Source: a virus (lineage: Duplodnaviria > Caudoviricetes). From it: a stretch of 64,000 nucleotides of DNA. The notes under the pieces are model-generated. The model saw nothing but the letters and a program-made list of their open reading frames with translations. It did no database searches and was not told the origin of the DNA. The first letter of the stretch is position 1. Each line of letters opens with the position of its first letter. The stretch is from IMG/VR virus record IMGVR_UViG_3300028048_000113, positions 24,561-88,560 of that record; one strand, 5' to 3'. The translations under genes were made by a program, and so were the position numbers. Below, piece by piece: positions 28,765 to 37,817 of the stretch.

Positions 28765-29735
28765 GATTTATAGATTTAACTGGTAAACAGTTTGGAAGAC
28801 TCACTGCTTTATATACTAATAGAAGAAATGGAAAAGGCAATATTATTTGGCATTGTAAATGCCAATGCGGAAATGAAACTGATGTTTTAGGAATTAACCT
28901 CAGAAATGGAGCTACAAGATCTTGTGGTTGTTTATTTAAAGAAACTCATAAGGTTATTAAAAAACCAAATGATTTAACAAATCAAAAATTTGGTAAATTA
29001 ACTGCACTTGAAATGGTGGGTAAGAATTCTATTGGTGCTATTAAGTGGCGCTGTAGATGTGATTGTGGAAATTATAGAGACGTAGTAAATAGTTTATTGC
29101 TTAATGGTAAAGTTACAGCTTGCCTTGAATGTTCTAAATTAGGTCGTCAAAAAGACATAACTGGGCAGCAATTTGGTAATCTAACTGCATTATATTCTCT
29201 TAATAAAACTGATGAGCATCATTCTATAATATGGCATTGTAAATGTATTTGTGGTAAAGAATTAGATATATCTTTAATGAAATTAAAAAATGGTTCTGTA
29301 TTTTCTTGTGGATGCTCAAAGAAACCTAAAAATCCTACACCATTGACAGATAAACGTGTTCATAATTTAATTGGTCAGAGATTTGGTAAGTTAACTGTAA
29401 TTGCTGATACAGGTAAGTCAAATCGTTGGGGTAAAATTTGGCTATGTCAATGTGACTGTGGTAATACTAAAGAAGTAGATAGTAATAAACTTCATATGAA
29501 AAGTGTTACATCTTGTGGTTGTGTAAGAAAAGATCTAACTGAATATAAAAGTAGACATTTAGAGGGCCAACAGTTTGGTCAATTAACTGTTCTTGAATAT
29601 GCTGGAAAAAACAAATATAGTCAATCCATTTGGAAATGTAAATGTAGTTGTGGCAATATTAGATATGCAGTTGGTAGTTATCTTGTAAGAGGAATGGTAA
29701 AATCTTGCGGTTGTTTAAGAAATAAAAACAAATAA
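28761..29735 (+). CDS. Cys-rich repeat protein (5 copies)
   Basis: Same repeat unit; no catalytic domain. Confidence 0.75.
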   Translation: MRFIDLTGKQFGRLTALYTNRRNGKGNIIWHCKCQCGNETDVLGINLRNGATRSCGCLFKETHKVIKKPNDLTNQKFGKLTALEMVGKNSIGAIKWRCRCDCGNYRDVVNSLLLNGKVTACLECSKLGRQKDITGQQFGNLTALYSLNKTDEHHSIIWHCKCICGKELDISLMKLKNGSVFSCGCSKKPKNPTPLTDKRVHNLIGQRFGKLTVIADTGKSNRWGKIWLCQCDCGNTKEVDSNKLHMKSVTSCGCVRKDLTEYKSRHLEGQQFGQLTVLEYAGKNKYSQSIWKCKCSCGNIRYAVGSYLVRGMVKSCGCLRNKNK

Positions 29736-29736
29736 C

Positions 29737-30636
29737 ATGAATAAAGAAAAATATTTTATAGATTTACAAGATATGAAATTTGGGCGGTTAACTGCCCTTT
29801 TTCCAGTAGAAGAGAAAGCTAAGAATGGTGAAACTCAATGGATGTGCCAATGTGAATGTGGCGGCACAAAAGTTGTAAAAGGCAGTCATCTTAGAGGTGG
29901 AAATACTCAATCTTGTGGATGTATTAGAAATAAGAAAATAGAAGGTCAGAAGTTTAACAAATTAACTGCTATCAAGTCAAGACGAAGAGATGATGGTAGA
30001 GTAGTTTGGTTATGTAAGTGTGACTGCGGAAATGAAATCGAAGTTCTTACTGCTGATCTTCTAAATGGTTTATATGTTTCTTGTGGTTGTACAGGAAGTA
30101 GAAGAACTAAATTTAGAACAGTTGAGTCATTTAATACAAAAGCAATCTCTAATTTTGTGGGTAAGAGATTTAATGAATTTGTTATTCTTGCTCCTACTCA
30201 TAAGAGATATTTTGAGGATGTGCTTTGGAAATGTAGATGTGACTGTGGTAAGATTTTCTTTGCACCCACAGCATTTATTTTGAATGGTAAAATAAAATCA
30301 TGTGGTCATTTACATGAAGCTTTCAATAAGAATTTTGGTAAAGACATAAGACGAAAATCGAATAGATATGTATTCAATAAGATAGGAATAGGTTTTACTA
30401 TCAAAGGTGAAAAGTTCTATTTTGATAAAGAGGACTATGACAAAATAAAAAACTATTGTTGGCGTTTTAATGAATATGGAACTCTTATTGCTCATGATCC
30501 TGAGTCATGGCCAGAAAAGAAATCAGTCATACCGGCATGGAGAGTTATATTTAATGAGAAAGATAAGTCAAAGAAAATAGTATATAAAAATAAGAATAAA
30601 TGGGATCTTAGAAAGAGGAATTTGGAGGTGATCTAA
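29737..30636 (+). CDS. Cys-rich repeat protein (3 copies) with degenerate HNH-like C-terminus
   Basis: C-terminus FYFDKEDYDKIKNYCW...IVYKNKNKWDLRKRNL resembles phage HNH DHINxNxLDNRxxNL but lacks the His. Confidence 0.65.
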   Translation: MNKEKYFIDLQDMKFGRLTALFPVEEKAKNGETQWMCQCECGGTKVVKGSHLRGGNTQSCGCIRNKKIEGQKFNKLTAIKSRRRDDGRVVWLCKCDCGNEIEVLTADLLNGLYVSCGCTGSRRTKFRTVESFNTKAISNFVGKRFNEFVILAPTHKRYFEDVLWKCRCDCGKIFFAPTAFILNGKIKSCGHLHEAFNKNFGKDIRRKSNRYVFNKIGIGFTIKGEKFYFDKEDYDKIKNYCWRFNEYGTLIAHDPESWPEKKSVIPAWRVIFNEKDKSKKIVYKNKNKWDLRKRNLEVI

Positions 30637-30992
30637 TGATACTCTATGGAGTAATACTCGTTACTTGCCTGATTATTGCCTTTTTTGATTATAAATATCA
30701 ATCAGTTCCATTAGCTACTTTGATTATTAATTATATTGCTATATGTTATCTCATTGGTAATCCCGGATTATATTTAGGAGTATTTATTATATTTTATGCT
30801 CTAGCAAAAGAACTTCCAATAGACCTTTTGTACGTCTCTTTAATAGTCTATTTAATAATAATAGGAAGCGTCTCTACAATACATATAGCAGTGACTTTAA
30901 TATTTAGTCTATTCTATATAGTATTTTCTAAAAAGAAGAAAATTAGCTTTTTGCTTCCATTAGAGGTTATATTAATGTCAGCTTTAATTTAA
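30636..30992 (+). CDS. Polytopic membrane protein, possibly A24 prepilin-peptidase-like
   Basis: IAFFDYKYQSVP, PIDLL and KKISFLLPL resemble A24 blocks. Confidence 0.4.
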   Translation: MILYGVILVTCLIIAFFDYKYQSVPLATLIINYIAICYLIGNPGLYLGVFIIFYALAKELPIDLLYVSLIVYLIIIGSVSTIHIAVTLIFSLFYIVFSKKKKISFLLPLEVILMSALI

Positions 30993-31003
30993 AGGAGGAT
31001 GTA

Positions 31004-31480
31004 ATGGAAAAATCTTTATTGATTAAACGTTTAGTTGAATGTAAGGATGTGAATAATAAATTAACTGAGGCATATAATCTTTCAATGCAAAAGGATCTTG
31101 AAGCATCTGAACTCTTCACTAAATGCACAGCATTAATCAAAGAGCTTTCAGATCTTTCTTTAGACTTTGAATATTTGAGAGAAAATGCACCTAAGTATGA
31201 TCTTAAGAGAAATGAATTTAGTAGTCTTCTCGATGCAATATGTGAATACTTAGGAGATGCCGTTGAATATAGTGTATATCAAGGACCAGTCTTTGCAAAA
31301 GCATCTCATCTAGAAGGATGTCCTATCTCAACTGATGATTTAGTGATGTATACAGCAAAACCTTTTGATGTAATAGTTCGTCCTGTAGTTGAATTTGATA
31401 AAGAAAAGTATAAGACTTGTAAGTGCTATCGTGAAAGTACTGGTTACTATGATGTATATTTGACAACACTTGAGAAGTGA
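31004..31480 (+). CDS. Hypothetical protein
   Basis: 158 aa, RBS AAGGAGG. Confidence 0.55.
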   Translation: MEKSLLIKRLVECKDVNNKLTEAYNLSMQKDLEASELFTKCTALIKELSDLSLDFEYLRENAPKYDLKRNEFSSLLDAICEYLGDAVEYSVYQGPVFAKASHLEGCPISTDDLVMYTAKPFDVIVRPVVEFDKEKYKTCKCYRESTGYYDVYLTTLEK

Positions 31481-31490
31481 GGAATTTAAT

Positions 31491-31745
31491 ATGTTAAGTA
31501 CAATTTTACAGAATTTATGGGCTTTTGCAATTTCAATGCCTACTAACTTAATAATTATTTTCATCATTTGTATTATCATGAAAGTAGTTTTTAAGAAGAA
31601 GACAAAGGATTGCATTTATTTCGTCCTTGGTTATTTAGCAATTGGTCTCCTTTTAGGAATCTTTGGTATCACAATGCCAAGCTTCTTACAAATTGGTAGA
31701 TGGATTGCAAATGGAGTTAAGACCGTTTGGAACGGTATTTGGTAA
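31491..31745 (+). CDS. Small two-TM membrane protein
   Basis: Two hydrophobic helices flanking KKKTK. Confidence 0.55.
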   Translation: MLSTILQNLWAFAISMPTNLIIIFIICIIMKVVFKKKTKDCIYFVLGYLAIGLLLGIFGITMPSFLQIGRWIANGVKTVWNGIW

Positions 31746-31783
31746 GTTTTCTTTTTTCTCCGGAGGTCAACTCCACTTATATT

Positions 31784-31827
31784 GAATAGGTCTAGGCAAA
31801 AAGTCTAGGCCTATTCCTTGCCTTTTT
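31784..31827 (+). terminator. Probable terminator
   Basis: GAATAGG...CCTATTC imperfect stem with a downstream T-run. Confidence 0.5.
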
Positions 31828-31887
31828 GTTTACAAGACATTATTTATAGATTATAATGAATTATATTAAGTAAAAAGGAGCAAATGC

Positions 31888-32163
31888 ATGAGAGTAAAAT
31901 ATTTATATGCAGAAGTTGATAGAAGAGGAGAACTTACTATAGATAAGTATCCTTATGTTGAAGAACTTGAAAATCTTACAATGACAGAAGATGGAAGATT
32001 TGAAATCTGTTTAATGGATGAGTGTGATTTTTTATCATATAAGACTTTTTCTTATGAAACATATAAATCACTTTGGGATGAGTTACTTAGAAGTGGTTAT
32101 ATTGATCTTACAAAATTTGGATATTTTATTCCATGTCAAGATTTAAGAAATATTAAGGAGTAA
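31888..32163 (+). CDS. Hypothetical protein
   Basis: 91 aa, behind promoter 31829-31857. Confidence 0.55.
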   Translation: MRVKYLYAEVDRRGELTIDKYPYVEELENLTMTEDGRFEICLMDECDFLSYKTFSYETYKSLWDELLRSGYIDLTKFGYFIPCQDLRNIKE

Positions 32164-32165
32164 TT

Positions 32166-32345
32166 ATGAGCTTTATTAAAATTGGTGAGAATTTGGTAAA
32201 TGTAAAGAATATTGCATATATTTCAGAGGATGAGCTTAATGAAAATCAATCAGTAATTTATTTTATTGGTGGTAGTAAGTTGAGACTTCCTAAGACATTG
32301 GTAGCTAGTGTTTCTTATGAACTTGAAAAGGGGTTAGTACAGTGA
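32166..32345 (+). CDS. 59-aa hypothetical protein (not in ORF track)
   Basis: MSFIKIGENLVNVKNIAYI...; RBS AAGGAG; stop overlaps the coaD GTG. Confidence 0.55.
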   Translation: MSFIKIGENLVNVKNIAYISEDELNENQSVIYFIGGSKLRLPKTLVASVSYELEKGLVQ

Positions 32346-32815
32346 AAGTAGGATTTTATGCAGGATCATTTGATCCTTTTACAAATGGACATCTTCAGGT
32401 AGTAAAGAAAGCATGTGAGCTTTTTGATGTAGTAATAATTGGAATTGGTACAAATTCTGCAAAAGCTAGAAGATTTGATAAGCTTAAGATGGTCACTGCT
32501 ATTAAGGAAGTAATGGAAAAAGAAGGCCTTGATGAAAAGGTAATGGTTATTACTTATGAAGGAATGACAACAAGTATTGCTAAAAAGTATAATGCAAATT
32601 ATCTCATTAGAGGCATTAGAAATGGCATTGACTATCAGTATGAAGAGAACATTGCCTCTATGAATCAAGAAGTTGATGGACTTGATACTATTTACTTTAG
32701 AGCTGGAGAGCTTGGTAATGTAAGTTCAAGTATGGTTATGGAACTTCTTAAAAATGATAGAGATGTCTCTAAGTATCTTCCTGAGCCAATCTACAATCTT
32801 GTTAAAACTAACTAA
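32342..32815 (+). CDS. coaD: Pantetheine-phosphate adenylyltransferase
   Basis: YAGSFDPFTNGH, LIRGIR, DYQYE, VSSSMV, DVSKYLP. Confidence 0.92.
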   Translation: MKVGFYAGSFDPFTNGHLQVVKKACELFDVVIIGIGTNSAKARRFDKLKMVTAIKEVMEKEGLDEKVMVITYEGMTTSIAKKYNANYLIRGIRNGIDYQYEENIASMNQEVDGLDTIYFRAGELGNVSSSMVMELLKNDRDVSKYLPEPIYNLVKTN

Positions 32816-32909
32816 ATATTTTAGCAAAAAGTATCAAAAAATTTACAAAAAATTGTTTAATTTTTCAAAAAATAATATATAATATCAATACACAAAAGGT
32901 ATAGATTAT

Positions 32910-33059
32910 ATGTATTCAAAAACAAAAATAGTAAATTTTTTATCCAAACAATTAAATATTAGTAAGCAAGATCTACAAAAATGTTGTATTACAGAACTTT
33001 TTGATATTCTTGATAAATGTGGACTTACTCAGCAGTTTGAACAACTTTTAGCGCATTAA
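32910..33059 (+). CDS. 49-aa hypothetical protein (not in ORF track)
   Basis: MYSKTKIVNF...EQLLAH; RBS AAAGGT; followed by a terminator. Confidence 0.45.
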   Translation: MYSKTKIVNFLSKQLNISKQDLQKCCITELFDILDKCGLTQQFEQLLAH

Positions 33060-33085
33060 AGGTAGCATATTAGTGCTATCTTTTT
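33059..33085 (+). terminator. Intrinsic terminator
   Basis: AGGTAGCA/TGCTATCT stem followed by TTTT. Confidence 0.6.
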
Positions 33086-33199
33086 GTGTGCATAAAAGTA
33101 CCTTTAATAGTACTATTAAAAAATCAGCTAAAATATAAGTTTACATACATAAACCAATATGATAGAATAGCACTATAAAATAATAAAGGAAGTTACAGA

Positions 33200-34030
33200 A
33201 TGAAGTTAGTTGTTATTGGAAGCTCATCTTTTTCAGACAAGGAATTATTTGATTCAACAATCAAGGACTATTCAGCTGATGAATATATTGTAAAGGCAAA
33301 GAGTGACTTTGCAACATGGATCCCTGGAGCCACAACATTCACAAAATACAATGACTTGGTAATTGAAGATGACATGCAGATCCTGGCATTCTGGGATGGT
33401 GAGTCTCTCAATGTAAAGAGGATTGTAGAAGCATATCCTGAAAAGTCAACCATTGTTACCTTTGAAAATAAGGCAGTCAAGTCTTTCTATGACATGGTAG
33501 AACAGATCAAGAATGAAAAGTGGAAGGAAGGATGCAGAACCCTTATTAAGAAGCTTCCTAATTACTTCTGGGTGGTTGCAGCATCATCCTCTGGGAAGTA
33601 CCACCCTAAATGTGACTTGGGCTCTGGAGGGCTTGTAAGACACTCTGTGATGGTAGCTGTTACAGCTGTTGATTTGGTAAGAGCTGAGATTTTTGTAGAG
33701 GACAATGACCTCAATGCTGATATGGCCCTTATTGCTGGCCTTTTCCATGATTGCCTCAAACAGGGCAAGGATTGTACAGGTCACACAGTATTTGAGCATC
33801 CTGAATTGGCAGCTGAATTCCTTAATGAGGAACTTAAAGATTATATTGAGGAACCCTACCTCTCAATTATTTGTGGTGGTATAAAGACACACATGGGAAA
33901 GTGGACCACATCAGATTATGCACCTGATGTAGTATTGGAGAAGCCCTCCACAGCTTTCCAGAAGTTAGTCCATACAGCTGACTATGTAGCAGCTAGAAAA
34001 TATATTTCAGGTCTTGAGGAATGGCAGTAA
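33200..34030 (+). CDS. SLOG/YspA-like N-domain fused to HD phosphohydrolase
   Basis: MKLVVIGSSSF...AFWDGES (SLOG-like); GKYHP, GGLVRH, GLFHD, HP, THMG, HTAD (HD family). Confidence 0.7.
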   Translation: MKLVVIGSSSFSDKELFDSTIKDYSADEYIVKAKSDFATWIPGATTFTKYNDLVIEDDMQILAFWDGESLNVKRIVEAYPEKSTIVTFENKAVKSFYDMVEQIKNEKWKEGCRTLIKKLPNYFWVVAASSSGKYHPKCDLGSGGLVRHSVMVAVTAVDLVRAEIFVEDNDLNADMALIAGLFHDCLKQGKDCTGHTVFEHPELAAEFLNEELKDYIEEPYLSIICGGIKTHMGKWTTSDYAPDVVLEKPSTAFQKLVHTADYVAARKYISGLEEWQ

Positions 34031-34044
34031 AGGAGAAGAACTAA

Positions 34045-34233
34045 ATGGAAATTACAAAGAATTCATTTTATGACACAATGGAAGAGGTTCTCTATGGGGA
34101 TTGTGTTGCTGACTATATTACAAAGTCAGAAATGAAGGATTATCTTAAGGACATTAAGAAGTTTATAAAGCATGCCAAGGATGGAGATGAATATTGGTAT
34201 GCAGGTAGTAAGTATATTATCACCAATTGTTAA
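34045..34233 (+). CDS. Hypothetical protein
   Basis: 62 aa, RBS AAGGAG. Confidence 0.55.
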   Translation: MEITKNSFYDTMEEVLYGDCVADYITKSEMKDYLKDIKKFIKHAKDGDEYWYAGSKYIITNC

Positions 34234-34357
34234 AATAAACAAAAACCACTTTAAATTTATATAAATTTTTTGACAAAAGTTCTTTAAGTTTTTAGTTTAC
34301 AAACTATAAAAAATGACCCATAACTATATATGGGAACGTTAATAAAGGAGGTAATCA

Positions 34358-34372
34358 ATGAAGCTTAAATAA
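34358..34372 (+). other. Minigene MKLK with perfect Shine-Dalgarno
   Basis: AAAGGAGGT-AATCA-ATG AAG CTT AAA TAA. Confidence 0.4.
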
Positions 34373-34381
34373 CTCAAGCGG

Positions 34382-34410
34382 TTTACAGGAGTAAGGATTT
34401 GTGGTATAAT
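34382..34410 (+). promoter_or_regulatory. Class A promoter of the sigma gene, TTTACA-N17-TATAAT (TG extended)
   Basis: Direct motif match. Confidence 0.7.
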
Positions 34411-34445
34411 AATACTACACAAGAATAATGAGGTGAACAAGTATA

Positions 34446-35468
34446 ATGAAAATTACTAATGCTGTAGAAAAAATTATCAATAAGGAAACCAAGGATAAGG
34501 AAATAGATCTGGATAAGTATTCAGAGATTATGGCTGATCTCACAGGTGATGAATATGTTGAACTTATCAACAAGCTTAGTGAGTTGGGTTATACAGTAAG
34601 TAGTAAGGAAGAGGAAGAGGATGAAGAGGCTGATGCCCTTATCAATAGTAATGACATTAAGTCAATTATCTCAAGATTCCCTCTTCTCACAAAGGAACAG
34701 GAACTTGACTTAGCTAATAAGAAGCTTGAGGGTGATTTGGATGCTAAAGAGCTTCTTATCAATTCAAATCTGAGATTGGTTGTCTCAATTGTAAAGAAGT
34801 ACCTCAATAGAGGTGTTGAATTCCCTGACCTGTTTAGTGCTGGCTGCACTGGACTTACAATGGCAGTTGATAAGTTTGACCCTTCCAAGGGCTACAAGCT
34901 CTCAACATTTGCCACATGGTGGATTAGACAGCAGATTACAAGTGAAATCTCAACTATGGGTAGAATGATTAGAATACCTGTAAATACTGCTCAGAAGGTA
35001 AATGAGGTTAAGAAGGCTAAGAGAGCCCTTGAAATTGATCTTAATAGAGAGCCTTCCCTTGAGGAAGTTGCAGAAAGACTTGGTATTACTGAGGAAAAGG
35101 TAATTGAACTCCTTAGTTATGATATTCAGCCTATCTCCTATGATCAGGCCATATCCAGTGACTCAGATGATACCCTTCTGGACTTCATAAGCACAGAATT
35201 GGTTGATGAGGATGAAACCTCAGACATTATTAAGGCCCTTGATGAGATTGAACTCAAGAAGGAAGTCAGAACCCTTATGAGAACTCTGACCCCTAGAGAG
35301 AAGCAGGTTATCCTTCTCAGAAAGGGATTTATCAATAATAAAGTTTATAAGCTCCAGGAAATTGGTGAAATCTTGGGTGTAACTAAGCAGATGGTTAAGT
35401 CCATTGAAGAAAAGGCCACCCATAAGATGAAGATTGAATCAGTTGTCATCCAGATGAGTGAAAACTAA
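34446..35468 (+). CDS. RpoD/SigA-like sigma-70 factor (phage-encoded)
   Basis: PLLTKEQE, NSNLRLVVSIVKKYLNRG, KFDPSKGYKLSTFATWWIRQ, RMIRIPV, REPSLEEVA, LTPREKQVI, region 4.2 HTH. Confidence 0.92.
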   Translation: MKITNAVEKIINKETKDKEIDLDKYSEIMADLTGDEYVELINKLSELGYTVSSKEEEEDEEADALINSNDIKSIISRFPLLTKEQELDLANKKLEGDLDAKELLINSNLRLVVSIVKKYLNRGVEFPDLFSAGCTGLTMAVDKFDPSKGYKLSTFATWWIRQQITSEISTMGRMIRIPVNTAQKVNEVKKAKRALEIDLNREPSLEEVAERLGITEEKVIELLSYDIQPISYDQAISSDSDDTLLDFISTELVDEDETSDIIKALDEIELKKEVRTLMRTLTPREKQVILLRKGFINNKVYKLQEIGEILGVTKQMVKSIEEKATHKMKIESVVIQMSEN

Positions 35469-35520
35469 TTGATACAAAAAATTGGTTTACTATTTAAGAT
35501 AGGGGACATATAATATCATT

Positions 35521-35605
35521 ATCAAACATAAAAATAATGTTTGTACTACAGACGTAGTTGTTCTCCTTTTTCAAAAAGCTATCATCGAAAGGTGGTAGCT
35601 TTTTT
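35521..35605 (+). ncRNA. Candidate ~85-nt small RNA with anti-Shine-Dalgarno tract
   Basis: Promoter 35486-35514, no ORF, two short hairpins, TTCTCCTTT, terminator 35573-35605 with GAAA loop. Confidence 0.45.
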
Positions 35606-35706
35606 AATGCATGTGAAGGGCTATTTAATTATATAAGTTAAATTATAGTTTACTTATAAGGAAAAAGACATATAATACAATTATCATTTATGAAAGGAAA
35701 TTAAAC

Positions 35707-37803
35707 ATGGCAGCAAAGAAAAATCTGTATGACGAGTATAGTATCGTAACAGAAACGCCAAGAGAGTTTACACGAAGAGTTCCAAGTACATATCTTGGAA
35801 GTTCGCGTACAAATACAAACTTGGTAAAAGAAGTGTTTGCTAATGCAGTTGATGAACATGCTATTGGACACGGTGATACTATTAACGTTACTATTGACAC
35901 TGCTAAGAACATTTACTCCATTGAGGATAATGGACAAGGCTTCTTAGTTAATGCCGGTATTGATGAAGAAGGAGAAACAATTCTCCAAAGATCCTTTGAC
36001 AAACTTAATACCTCAGGTAAGACCTCAGCAGACGGTGTTTATGAAGGTACTGCACTTGGTCTTAACGGTATTGGTGCTAAACTTACCAACTGGTTGTCAC
36101 TAAAATTGAATGTTATTACTTATAGAGATGGTAAGTTTGAGGAACTTGATTTTAAGGATGGAATTTTCCAGAAAAGAAAAGTCGGTGAAACAAAGAGAGC
36201 TTCAGGTACAAAGGTTACTTGGTCACCTGATCCTAAATTCTTCGCTCAAAACATTCCTGATATTGCAATGTTAAAGAGCCACTTTGAGGTAATTGCAGCT
36301 CTTTGTCCTAATCTCACTATAAACCTTGTTTATAATGGTGAAGAGTCAAGTTATTCAGAACCTGGTGGTCTTAATTCCTATGTAGATAGGAAAGTAAAGA
36401 GTAAAGAATTATTCTCAAATAGATTCGCCACAGAAAGAACAGTTGATGTAACTTACTTCAAGCCTAAGAAGTACCCGGGACTCACACTTAAAGACACAGA
36501 CTTTAAGGATGGAGTCTATAATTATGATAGAACTAATGAAATTGGTTGGGATCATATACCTCACAAGGCTGAAGACATGGTGGTTACTATCAAGAAATCA
36601 GAATGTGAACAGTTCACAAGACAAGAAAAACTTAATATTTGTATGACATATACTTCAGATTATTCTGAGAATATTGATGCATATGTTAATCTTGGTCACA
36701 CTGATGCTGGTGCACATATTCAAGCATTCCATACCGCATTTGTTAGAGCAATCAATAAATATGCCACAGATGCCGGATGGTTAAAGAAGAATGACAAGAA
36801 TTTCAATAGTAATGAAATTTCAGAAGGTCTTTATGTAGCATTTAATATGACTACCACAACAGCAAAATATGATGCTCAGAATAAATCAAGAATTGATGAT
36901 ATTGATGCAAAAGTAATCAATGTTGTAGTTGGTGGTGACTTTGCTACTTGGTTAATGAATAATCCTGGTGACGCTAAGATTATTGTTGACAGAGCTTTAA
37001 CTGCTAGAAAGGCAAGAGAAGCTGCACAGAAAGCAAAGGAAAAGATTAGAGATGCTTCAAATGGTAAAGGCGCAAAGTCTATCTTTACAGACCTTCCTAC
37101 AAAGCTTTCAGATGCTTATCCTAAGAACAAGAAAGATAGAAGTAAGTGTGAATTATACATCTGTGAGGGTGACTCAGCTGCTTCATCTATCAAGGGTTGT
37201 AAGAATGCTGAATTCCAAGCAACATTCCCTATTAGAGGTAAGATCTTGAATTGTCAAAAAGCTACAGCTGCTCAGGTTTATGGCAATGCAGAGATTGCAG
37301 CTATTACAAAAGCACTTGGTCTTGATATTGACAAAACAACAGGTAAGCTTATTTATGATACAAAGAAGCTTAGATACGATAAGATCATAATTGCTTCAGA
37401 TGAAGACGTTGATGGTCTTGATATTGCTTCATTGTTATTGACAGTATTTAACTGGGTATGTCCTGAACTTATTGAGAATGGTCATATCTATCATGTACAT
37501 GGTGCATTATTTAAGGCAACATTCAAAGATGATACTTATAAGTTATTCCAGACTGAAGCTGAACTTGAGGCTTGGAAAAAGACTAATAAGAAGCCTTATA
37601 TACTTTCAAGAGCAAAAGGTCTTGGTGAGTTGACAAAGGATGAGACTAAGGAACAGTTAGTAAATCCTGCAACTAGAAATCTTCATAGACTTGTAGTTGA
37701 TAATATGGAAGAATTTAACAAGTACCTTGACATGGCTAAGGGACCTGATCCTGAGGCTCGTAAGGTTTATCTTGAAGAGCACTTCAATGATTATGAAGAA
37801 TAA
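35707..37803 (+). CDS. Type IIA topoisomerase subunit B (GyrB/ParE-like)
   Basis: EVFANAVDE, DNGQG, GLNGIGAK, CEGDSA, PIRGKILN, DEDVDG, RAKGLGE. Confidence 0.92.
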   Translation: MAAKKNLYDEYSIVTETPREFTRRVPSTYLGSSRTNTNLVKEVFANAVDEHAIGHGDTINVTIDTAKNIYSIEDNGQGFLVNAGIDEEGETILQRSFDKLNTSGKTSADGVYEGTALGLNGIGAKLTNWLSLKLNVITYRDGKFEELDFKDGIFQKRKVGETKRASGTKVTWSPDPKFFAQNIPDIAMLKSHFEVIAALCPNLTINLVYNGEESSYSEPGGLNSYVDRKVKSKELFSNRFATERTVDVTYFKPKKYPGLTLKDTDFKDGVYNYDRTNEIGWDHIPHKAEDMVVTIKKSECEQFTRQEKLNICMTYTSDYSENIDAYVNLGHTDAGAHIQAFHTAFVRAINKYATDAGWLKKNDKNFNSNEISEGLYVAFNMTTTTAKYDAQNKSRIDDIDAKVINVVVGGDFATWLMNNPGDAKIIVDRALTARKAREAAQKAKEKIRDASNGKGAKSIFTDLPTKLSDAYPKNKKDRSKCELYICEGDSAASSIKGCKNAEFQATFPIRGKILNCQKATAAQVYGNAEIAAITKALGLDIDKTTGKLIYDTKKLRYDKIIIASDEDVDGLDIASLLLTVFNWVCPELIENGHIYHVHGALFKATFKDDTYKLFQTEAELEAWKKTNKKPYILSRAKGLGELTKDETKEQLVNPATRNLHRLVVDNMEEFNKYLDMAKGPDPEARKVYLEEHFNDYEE

Positions 37804-37817
37804 GGAAGGAAATTAGT

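Noticed and set aside
27526-30636. Repeat region as a CRISPR array or DGR template/variable repeat
   Set aside because: The repeats are in-frame protein repeats diverged at synonymous sites, with no adenine-specific variation and no reverse transcriptase in the window.
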